Of a stretch of 64,000 bases of DNA, positions 52,020 to 61,702 are shown piece by piece. A model generated the notes under the pieces. That model saw nothing but the letters and a program-made list of their open reading frames with translations, was not told the origin of the DNA and ran no database searches. Every line of letters starts with the position of its first letter. Positions within the stretch are counted from its first letter, which is position 1. A program made the translations under genes and the position numbers. This stretch comes from Antechinus flavipes (lineage: Eukaryota), in NCBI RefSeq assembly GCF_016432865.1, contig NC_067400.1, forward strand, positions 611,816,001 to 611,880,000. Direction: 5' to 3'.

Positions 52020-55000
52020 CAAAATACATTTATTAAGCATTTTTTTTTATTTTTTTATTTTCAAAATATATGCAAAGATAGTTTTCAACATTCACCTTTG
52101 CAAATCCTTGTGTTCCAAATTTTTCCTCTCCCTAGCCAACAAGTAATGTAATATATGTTAAACATAGTGCACACTTATTAAGCACTAAAGTGCCAGGTTA
52201 ATAGACTAATGGCTATTAAACTCTGGGATGAAAAAAAAAAAGCAATTTTACCGTTTTCAGTTGTTTGTTTTGACTGTCGATATCAGATTCTCAAAATTGA
52301 TGGCCATATTTTTAGTTCCTCAGCAATTGCTGTTGGGGGGTTTTGCCACTTCAAAAAAGAGCTGCTATAAATATCTTTGTACATAAGAGCCCTTTTCTTT
52401 TTTCTTTGATCTCTTTGAGTATAGGCCTAACAGTGTTATAGCTAGTCTGTGCCTTTTAGATCCACCACCCATGTTGCAATGTGCCTGTTTTTCCACAGCC
52501 CGTCCAACATTTTTTTTTTTTTTTTTGGTCCTATTTTCCATACGATGAATGTAAGAATGTAAGGCAGAATCTCAGAATTGTTTTAATTGGAATTCCTTTA
52601 ATTATATGGAACATTCCCCATCTCCTGCTCCCAACATGGCTAATTAAAGTTTATTCTGCTTAAAAATTGACTTCATATACTTAGACTATTTTATCAATTG
52701 GACAATGATCCTTATTCTTATAAATTTAAATCCATTCCTTTTATGTTTTAAAAATAAGACCTTTATTAAATGACATAATACTTGTAAAGTGCTTAGAATA
52801 AGGTCTGACTCATAGTAGGTGCTTAATAAATGCTAATTCTCCTTCCTTTCTCTTTATCAGAGAAACTTGCTGCAAAGATTTTCTCCAGATGTTTCCATTT
52901 TAATTTTAACTATTCGATTTGTTTATGCAAAACTTTTTCAAGTTTTATGTATTTTATTTTCTCCGATACTCTTTATTCATTGTTTGCTCATGAATTTTTT
53001 TTCTATCCATAGACTTGATAGGAAATTTATTTTTAGATCTGTTCCCATTTGTAATTGATAGTTATGTAAAGTTATAAGGTATTGGTCTAAATTTAATGCC
53101 TTTCATGCTGCTGTCTAATTCTCCCAACAGTTTTTGTCAGATGTTAAGTGCTTATCCCAGGAACTGGGGTCTTTACCTTTATTGAAAACTAAAGTATTAG
53201 ATATATTACTTAATCTATTCCACCGATTGAATTTTTCTTTTTACCAATGCCAAATTGTTTGAGGAATCACTGCTTTGTAGTATACTTTGAAATGTGGTCG
53301 TTAGGCCTCCTTGATTCCTATTTCTTTTCATTATTTCTCTTGAAATTTTTGACATTCTCTTTTTGCCCCATAAATATTTATTTTAATTTTCAAATTTGAA
53401 TTCTCTTCCTCTCCCTGCACTTCCTCTTCATCCATTGAGAAGGCAAGAAAAATAAAACCCAATACAAAACAAATTTCTCTATTAGCCACTTCTGAAAGAG
53501 GGAAGAAGAAAGAGAAACACAGAAACACAGAGACAGAAAGAAGAAAAAGGAGGAGAGGAAGGGAGGAAGAGGAAGAGAGAGAGAGGAAAGAAGGGAAGAA
53601 AATATGCTATAATCTGCAATTTTAAGTCTTAGCTCCCTATCATGAGGTAGATAGCATGTGTCATCATGAGTCCTTTGGGATTGTGATTAGTTATTGTGTT
53701 TAATCAAAATTACTCTTTCAAAATTGATTATCTGTAGATTATTATTCTTATTGTGTAAATCCTTCCTCTAGTTCTCAATTCATTTTGCAATGGTTCAAAT
53801 GAGTCTTTTGATCATTTTTTTTTTTAACAGGACATTTGTATTCTATTACATTTATGTACCATAATTTGTTCAGCCATTTCACAATCGATGGAGATTCCTT
53901 TAGGTTCAAATACTTTTCCATGACAAAAAGAGAGGCAATAAATATTTTTGTATATATGGGACCTTTTGTTCTGTCTTTGATATCTTTGGTTTGTAGACCT
54001 AAAACCTAGAAGAGGTCGTTGCTGGGTCAAAAGATATGCACAATTTCATAGCTTTTGGGGCATACTTGTATATGCTTGCCTCTAACAGTTGGACCAGTTG
54101 GACCAGCTATACCAACAGTGCCTTAGTATACTTTTCCCCCCATAATCCCTCTAGCATACAGTTTCCCATTTCCATACACATTTCCATTAGCCAAATTGAT
54201 GGATGTTAGTGGTATCTCATAGTTGTGTTAATTTTCATTTTTCTAATTGTTATTTAGAGCAATTTTTATGTGGTTATTGACAGATTTGATTTCTTTCTCT
54301 GAAAACTGCCTAATCATATCTGTTTAGCATTTATCAACTGAGGAATGGTCTTTTTCTTGTAAATTTTACTCACTTTCCTAAATATCTTAGAAATGAGATC
54401 ATTATGAGAGAAATATGCTATAAAAGATTCCCCTTTTCCTGCTTTCTCCCCACTAATTTTAGCTGCATTTGGTTTTGTTTGTGCAAAATTTTTAAAAATT
54501 TTATGTCATCAAAATTATTTAATTTAGAACACAAGATTTTGTAAGGGTGAATATTGAAAATTATCCATATATATATAAATATATAAAAAAGCTTTAATTT
54601 AAAAAATTATTTATTTAACCTTTTGTGAACCTCTCTATTTCATTTTACAGCTCTCAGATTGGTTAAGAGGATAGGAATATTGTACATGGCAACAAGATTA
54701 TACAATGATCAATTCTGATAGATGTGGCTCTTCAATACTGAGGTGATTCAGGCCAGTTCCAATATACTGTGGTGGAGAGAGCCATGTGCATCCAGAGAGA
54801 GAACTAAGGGGACTGAGTATAGATCACAACCTGGTGTTTTCACTTTTGTTGTTTTGTTGCTTGCTTGTTTTTTTCCTCCCTCTTTTCCCTTGTTGATGAT
54901 TTTTCTTGTGCAGCATTATAAATGTGGAAATATTTTTAGAAGAATTGCACATGTTTAACTTATATTGGATTACTTGTTGTCTATGGGAGGGATGAGGGAG

Positions 55001-56200
55001 GGAGAAAAATATGGAACCCAAGGTTTTGCAAGTGTGAATGATGAAAACCTCTCTACTTTTCATTTAATCATAAACTCCCTATCAATAAATCTTACCTGTA
55101 ATTTCCTCTATATTCTACCAATTTGCTTATGATGTCCCCCTTTATGTCTAAATCGTGTACCCATTTTGAAGTCTCTTGCCATATAATGTGAGATGTTAGT
55201 CTATGCCTTGATTCTGCCAGATTACTCTTCAGTTTTCCCAATAGTTTTTTTTTTTTAATCATATAAAAAATTCTATGGCTTTATCAAAGATTAGGTTACT
55301 TTGCTGATTTGTTTTTGCATACGGTATCTAATCTGTTTCAATGATTAACTACTCTATTTCTTACCCGGTACCAAACTGTTTGATGATTACAGTTTGATGA
55401 TTATACTTAGTAGTATAGTTTGAGATCTAATACTGCTTGACCTACTTTCTTGCCATTTTTCCCACTGTTTCTCTTAATATTTGTGCCTTTTTTGTTCTTC
55501 CAGATAAATTCTGGCATTTTTTTTTTTCTGGTTCCATAAAACAATCCTTGATAGTTTGGCATAAAATAATATAATGGCTAACATTTATGTAGTATCTGCT
55601 ACATAAATTTTAGCTGCATGTCATCAAAATTATTTAATTTAGAACACAAGATTTTGTAAGAGTGAATACTGAAAATTATCCATGTATATATTTTTAAAAT
55701 AAAAAACTTTAATTAAAATTTTTTTTCATTTAACCTACGAATCTATTTCACTTTACACTATCAGCACTATTGCTAAGTGCTTCAAAAATAGTATTTCTTT
55801 TGATTCTCACAATAATCTTGGGAAATAGGTGCTATTATTATCCCCATTTTATAGAGCAACAAGTGCCTTGTCTAGGCCCAAATAGTTAGTTTGTGTCTAT
55901 TACTCCCTGATTCTAAGCCCTGGAGCTCTATCCATAAGCCAATTATCTTTACTTTTAGTAATTAATTTAGGTTTATTGTAGGGTTGAACCTGGCTCATCC
56001 TACCCAAGGGCAATTAACATTAACAATTTCCCACTTAATTACCTTTGGGGTTTTTTTTTTGGTGAGCCTTTGTAGTTGTATAGTTCATGTGTATATCTTG
56101 GAACATGGAATCCCAAGTATTTTCTACATTCTAGAGTAATTTTAAATAGTTTCTCTTTTTAGCTCTTCCTGCTGAGTTTTATATAGAAACTTCTCTAATG
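52020..56200. mobile_element. Cluster of old, nested L1 fragments (mostly minus strand) between WDR62 and THAP8
   Basis: AT-rich; reverse L1 3' ends (about 52030-52150, about 53400), reverse ORF2 remnants, and plus-strand 3' ends at about 54520-54610, about 54670-55050 and about 55635-55725. Confidence 0.75.
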
Positions 56201-56559
56201 CTGGGAGGCCTGGAAGATAAGGTAAAGCCTTGGGAAACAAAGGTTGGTCAGACCATATCCCAAAGGCAATTTGGTTTCATCTCACAGAGAGTAAAGATCA
56301 AAACAGAAGTCATAGAATTATTGTTGGAGAGGTTTAAGGTTAATAGTCACCAAACTTGACCTAGTCTCCTCACTTTTATAAATCTTATTTTGCTTATCTA
56401 GAAATTGTGGAAATTAAGACTTACCTACCAACCTCATACGGGCATTCATGGGATGATAGCATTTAGCTGGAAGGGAACTTCTAAGGTCATTTAATCCACC
56501 CACATCCTCCTTTCATGGGTTGCTAGGTATCCAAGAGGAGAGAATTCTGGGACCCTAGA

Positions 56560-56720
56560 CTGGTCCTAGCTGGTGCGATCCTGGGCAACTTAACCTGTTA
56601 GCCTCCATTTCCTCATCTGTCAAATGAGCCGGAGAAGGAAATGACAAACCAATCCACTTCTATGCCAAGAAAACCTTAAAGAGCATCATGATGAGTCAGA
56701 TACTACTTACTGAACAATAG
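56560..56720 (+). mobile_element. MAR1-like CORE-SINE
   Basis: ctgggcaacttaacctg...ttcctcatctgtcaaatgagccggagaaggaaatgacaaacc...gccaagaaaacc...atgagtcagatactac. Confidence 0.7.
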
Positions 56721-59099
56721 TAAATAACAATCTTGTCTTGTAGAGGAAAAAATTGAAATGATTGCTTGCCCGGTACTGCCTGAAATCAAATGATTTCATT
56801 TGAACTTCACAAAAACCTCCTGAAATAAGTGTTCCTGGTCTCAGAAAAGAGATAACAAAAAAGAATGGCATTTATGTAGTGCTTTTGAAATTTTATGTTT
56901 TAATTAACTTTAATTCCAATTTTAATTTAAATTCATCCATGCAAAACTTTTTACATGTATTATTTTATTTGATCCTCATAACAACTCTGTGAAGGAGATG
57001 CTATCATCGTTCCCATTTTCTACAAGAGGAAACTTAGGGTGAGAAAGAAAGGTTAAATGACAAGGTCACAGAATCAGAGGGGGGATTGGAAAGCCCATTT
57101 TACAGATGGGGAGACTGAGATTCAAATGACTTGTGCTAAATTCCTAGCATCTGAGGAGTATTTTGAATCTGTCTCTCTCGATTTCAAATCCAGCATTCTT
57201 TCCCCATTCTAGGCACTGGGCTAAGTAAGCACTGGGGATACAAAGGTAAAAAAAGCTTCAAGGAGCTCACATTCTAATAGGAGAAACATGCAAATGATTT
57301 TTTAAAATAGCTTTCTATTAACAAAGCATATGCATGGGTCATTTTTCAAGACTGACTCTTGCAAAACCTTCTGTTCCAACTTTTCCCCTCCTTCCCCCGG
57401 CCCCCTTCCCTAGATGACATGCAAATATTCACTAGCCATTTTTCAGACTCCATGGACCACAGCAATCAAGGCCTTTCTACCTACACTATATCCTGAAGTC
57501 TGTCCTTGGTCATGCTCATTGTATTCCAGACCCCATCTCTCTCTCTCATCCTCTGCCATCCTTTCTCCTTTTGCCTTCAGTCTTTCCCCAACCTCATTAT
57601 GTGGCTAAAATATATAAACTTCAGCTTCGGTATTTGATCTTTCGGTGAAAAACTGCCTGAATCCATTTCTCTAAGTATTGACCCATTTGATCTCTTCACT
57701 TGCTGTCCAAAGGACTCTCAAAAGCCTTCTGCAGCAACAGTTCACTCAGTTTTCACTTCCCTGACTCTCACAGCCCTACATTTAGTGTCACACTAGCTAT
57801 GGACAGAAAAAAAGAGCCCCGTCCATGTAGTCAGAATGAACTGGCTTCCAATGTTGTTCAGACTTGTACTGATTGAATGACTGGTCAAATCACTGCTTCT
57901 TCCTGGCTCGCCAAATCCTCGGCAACAAAGGGTCCAACTCGGTCTCCTAAGTCCTCTTGGATTCTAACTCTGGAATTGTATGGGAGGTAATCTCAGGGAA
58001 AGTAATTAGTAGCTGCCAGGATCCAGAACGAGCTCCCGCAGAGGAAGCCATCTGAGCCGTCTCAAGGAAGGACCTTGGGGAAACGAAGGCTGAGGTGACA
58101 AGTATCTTCCAGAAGGATGAATCTAGGTGCAATGAGAGAACCGCCAACCCGACACTTCCTGGAGGGTCGTGAGGTTCATTTTGGGACCAATTTATCCGAA
58201 ATGGATGGTTCCTAATCATTTGTTGGATGAATCTGAACCCTAGCTTTGTGCCAAGTGCATATTAATAAATCCTTCCTTCCGAGAATTCTGGGATGTTACG
58301 GAATAAGGAGTAATTAAAGTCCGTTGCACTAATGGGGTTTTTTTCCCAAGAATTCTCGACGTATAATTGAATACAGACGGATGCATAGGGTAGATATATG
58401 CAAGTTTACATTCTAGTTGGAAGTGGGTGGGTGGGCAGCTGGAAATAATACTTACAAATTCTATGCTTCACACAACTTTACGGTGGTATATATTTACATG
58501 TAATGATTATAAATAGTATCTAGAAACTTGAAGTTAGTCTTGAAAGTGTTTGGCGTGAGTCGTTCACGAGAAGTTCATAATTAAACCTAGAAAGGACGTG
58601 CTGTTATCCCTATTTTACAGATGAGGAAACTAAGTGACTTATACAGGTGGTAAGCGTTTCCGAAGGGGAATTTGAACTCGGATCTTCTCCGCCCGAGTTC
58701 CTGCCCCTCTCCCCAAGCTTCATCTCCTTAAGCTGCTTGGGTTAGTATTTATGCCATTTACGAAGCTTCAAAACTGCTTCTATTTCCAGGACCCCGTCCG
58801 CCCCTTTACTCCATTAATAAACTTTTCTCCACGCTAAATTCGGACCGTTAAGAAAGCTTTCGATTCGGACAAAAGAAAGTCCCGTTTAGTGGGGAAAGTA
58901 TTCAGGGATTTAGAGATCTTTTCTTTTCCCAAATTAGATTGTAAACTCCCCGAGGGCAGAAACTCGGATTTCCTCTCGCTTACGGAGCACTCTTGTCGCT
59001 CTTCTCTTCCCCCTCGGCACTAGCAAATCCTAGGCACAGAAAGGGGAAGAGGCCGATCGCACCCCGCCCCTCGGTTTTTGAGCCGGCGCCAAGTGCATT

Positions 59100-59460
59100 C
59101 CTCTTTCTTTTGACACGCGCAGTTTTTGCGCATGCCCGGGCGTCCAGCTACAACTGCGCACGCTCCCGGGCTCTTCCCTTACCCTACCCCGGCACATGAC
59201 GGGGCCGGAGTGGAGTCACGTGACCAGGGCGGCGCGTAGAACCAGGCCGACCCGGGAATCCCGCAGAGGCCCGAGGGAGGGAGCCAGACAGGGCCGGGAC
59301 AGAGATCGGGGCCATGCCCACGTCTTCTTTGGCTCCGCCCTGCCTCAACACTGCTGGCCTACTCGGCACCTACAACCTCCGCCTCGGCTTTTCTACAAGT
59401 GAGCGTCACTGTCAGGGAAGGGCGAACGGGGCGCTCCGGCATCATGACTCTGACGTCAAG
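59100..59460 (+). promoter_or_regulatory. THAP8: THAP8 CpG-island promoter
   Basis: NRF1-like GCGCATGCCC 59128-59137; perfect palindromic E-box GTCACGTGAC 59215-59224; perfect CRE TGACGTCA 59451-59458 just inside the intron. Confidence 0.6.
59314..59398 (+). pseudogene. THAP8: Degenerate remnant of THAP8 exon 1 (N-terminal part of the THAP zinc finger)
   Basis: Reads MPTSSLAPPCLNTAGLLGTYN versus human MPKYCRAPNCSNTAGRLGADN; ends TTCTACAA|GTGAGC like the human donor. The first Zn-ligand Cys is Ser here, and 2 extra nt before TTCTACAA shift the frame. Confidence 0.7.
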
Positions 59461-59619
59461 ACGCCGTGGTGACGTTGGTCCCCACCCCCTCCCGAAAAAA
59501 GAGCGAAGCCTCAAGGGCGGGGCCAAGGGAGGTGTGGGCGGGGCTTCCCCTTTCTCTCCACGCCCCTAGATTAAGAGGCGGGGGGAGAGAGAGGAGTCCT
59601 GGGATTCCTTGGCGAGAGG

Positions 59620-59930
59620 TGGAAGGAGTCCCAGAGGCCACCAGTCCCATCCCCTCTCTCTACAGTGGAGGAAACTGAGGCCCAGGCAGAAGTGACTCGT
59701 CCAAGGTCACCCCGGGAGTAAGTCGGTTGAACCGGGGTTCCCACACAGGTCTTGTGGCTGAACCCAGTCCTCCCCTTTACCCCCCGGCCCAGCAGGAGTC
59801 ACAGCCCCTCCCCTATAATTAGAGGGAGGAGGGTCCTGGCTCCCTTCTGGAACTGGAAGGCCGGAGAGGTCCTCCAGCCCGACGCCCTCGTTGTACAGAT
59901 GGGGACACTGAGGCCCAGGGCGGGCAGGGT
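59620..59930 (+). mobile_element. Two GC-shifted MIR/CORE-SINE copies in THAP8 intron
   Basis: ...tacagtggaggaaactgaggcccaggcagaagtgactcgtccaaggtcac... and ...ggaaggccggagaggtcctccagcccgacgccctcgttgtacagatggggacactgaggcccagg. Confidence 0.65.
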
Positions 59931-60054
59931 CGGGTCCAAGGCGGGGCCAGCACTCGCTCCGGGGAGTCGGCGTCGTGCCCCGGCCGCGCAGCCCCTGGCC
60001 TGCCCCGGGCAGGGCTCGAGGTCCTGATAGGCGGCGCCTCTGTGTGTGTTTCAG

Positions 60055-60970
60055 GAACGCAGACGGCTGGGACCTGACGGCTGGATCTCTGCCGGAGCAG
60101 CCCTGAAGGCGACCGCGACCGTGGCCTCCTGGGGGGCCCCCGCGCTCCCGGGGACGGCGTACCTGGAAGCCTGGCCGGCCCTTCCCCTCGAGGCGCGGCC
60201 CCTGCCCCCCGTGACCGTGGTGTCGTCGGCGCTCGTCACCCCCATCGTCTCCACGCTCCCCATCGTGTGCCACACGGCCGCCGCGGCCTCTGCCGAGGCT
60301 GAGCGGGCCGAGCCGGAGGAGCCCGACGGTGCGGCCGAGGAGCCGTCGGGGGAGCCGTCCGGGGCGGCCCCGCGGGACGAGCACGCCTACCACCGTGCCC
60401 GGCTGGAGCCCGAGGCCGGGCTGGACGGGCTGGTGGCGGCGCTGCAGCGCAAGGTACGGGGGCTGCAGCAGCGGCAGCGGCGGCACCGCGCGCGCCTCGG
60501 CGCCCTCGAGGGACTGGTGCTGCAGCTGCGACGGGACCACCTGCTGTCACACGAGCGCCTGCGGCTGCTGGGCGCGGTAAGCCTGCGGGGCAAGGTGGGG
60601 GATGGGTCGGGGACCGAGGGGGACACAACTGGGGGGCGGGTCCCGGGACATAGGGACACGGGGGGGGGGGGCGCAGAACACAGAAAGGTGCACAGCGTGG
60701 GGGAGGGCAGGCTGCGGGACACGGAGACATGGGGGGGCACAACGTGGGGGGACGGGCCGCAGAACCCTGACGGGTGCACGGCGGGAGGGGGGGCCTCCAG
60801 TGGTTGGGCTGTACCCCACTCACCACCCTCTTCCCTTCTTCCCGCAGACATGCCTGCCCGGGGGCCCCGCACGCCCCGAGCCCGCGGGGGCTGGCGCCGT
60901 GACCATCGTGTGCGGGGAGCAGCCCGCTGGCACCGTCCTCTACACGCTAACATCTGCCCCCTCCCCCTGA
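60055..60970 (+). CDS. THAP8: THAP8 C-terminal exons (HCF-1-binding motif + coiled coil), no THAP domain
   Basis: Exons 60055-60576 (ttcag|GAA...GCG|gtaag) and 60848-60970 (cgcag|ACA...TGA), open in frame. LVAALQRKVRGLQQRQRRHRARLGALEGLVLQL matches human THAP8 VLGALQRRVRRLQRCQERHQAQLQALERLAQQL; VTIVCG matches FTIICG; the syntenic position between WDR62 and CLIP3 fits. Start codon and coding status unresolved. Confidence 0.75.
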
Positions 60971-61023
60971 GCGCCCCGGGGGGCGGGGTGGGGGGGCCAT
61001 GCCTCAGAGATTCTTTTGCACTC

Positions 61024-61029
61024 AATAAA
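61024..61029 (+). terminator. THAP8: THAP8 poly(A) signal AATAAA
   Basis: 54 nt after the stop codon. Confidence 0.7.
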
Positions 61030-61199
61030 CTAACTTGAGAAAACCTGGAGTCTGTGAATTGGGGGGAGGGGGGAAATCTGAGCCCTTTCTGTCTGCTTAG
61101 CGCCGCCTTGGACTTTCTCTCCCTGTGTGTCTTTTCTGCCATTCTGGGGGTCTCTGTTCACTGCCTGCTCCCGCTCCCCCTCCAGTCCCCCGCCCCCGG

Positions 61200-61342
61200 G
61201 GGCGCTGCGCGGCACGGCGCGCATGCGCGCTCGGGGCCCCGCCCTCCGGCCCGTCTCTGTCTCCAGGTCTCTCCATCTCCATCATCTCTCCGTACTCCTC
61301 TCTTTGCACCTGTCTCTCCCCTTCTCTGTCTCTGCACCAGGG
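61200..61342 (+). promoter_or_regulatory. CLIP3: CLIP3 promoter and non-coding exon 1
   Basis: Perfect NRF1 palindrome GCGCATGCGC 61219-61228; donor GG|GTAAGA at 61343; acceptor for the next exon ccccag| at 61646. Confidence 0.6.
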
Positions 61343-61702
61343 GTAAGAGGCCCCGACCCCACCGGGGGGAACGCGAGCCCAGGCATCCGAGCCCGCGGTC
61401 TCCGGCTGCATCTGCTGGAGCCCGGCGGCCTGATGCCTTGGTCCAGGCAGGAGGGGAGGGGATGCGGGGAGATGGGAGGGAGACGTAGATTCCCTAAGTA
61501 AGGGCGGGGTGGGGGGAGAGGTGCGGGCCTCGGTCTTGGGGAGGGGGCTCCGGGACCCTGGGAGTGGCTACGCCGCCTGCCCCTGCCCTGGGGGCGGTGA
61601 TGAGTGCTGACAGCTGTCCGCCCCCTTTGCCGCCCCCTCCCCCCAGGTTTTGATCCCAGCTCCCCCAGTGCCCGGGCCCCCTCCCTGAGCGTCCCCGGGG
61701 CC

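Noticed and set aside
59845-59900. FWNWKAGEVLQPDAL looked like the end of a THAP domain (human FQWRWGVRYLRPDAV)
   Set aside because: The DNA aligns better to the MIR/CORE-SINE consensus (ggaagggaccttagaggtcatctagtccaaccccctcattttacagatgaggaaactgaggccc), has no Cys/His ligands upstream and lacks suitable splice sites.
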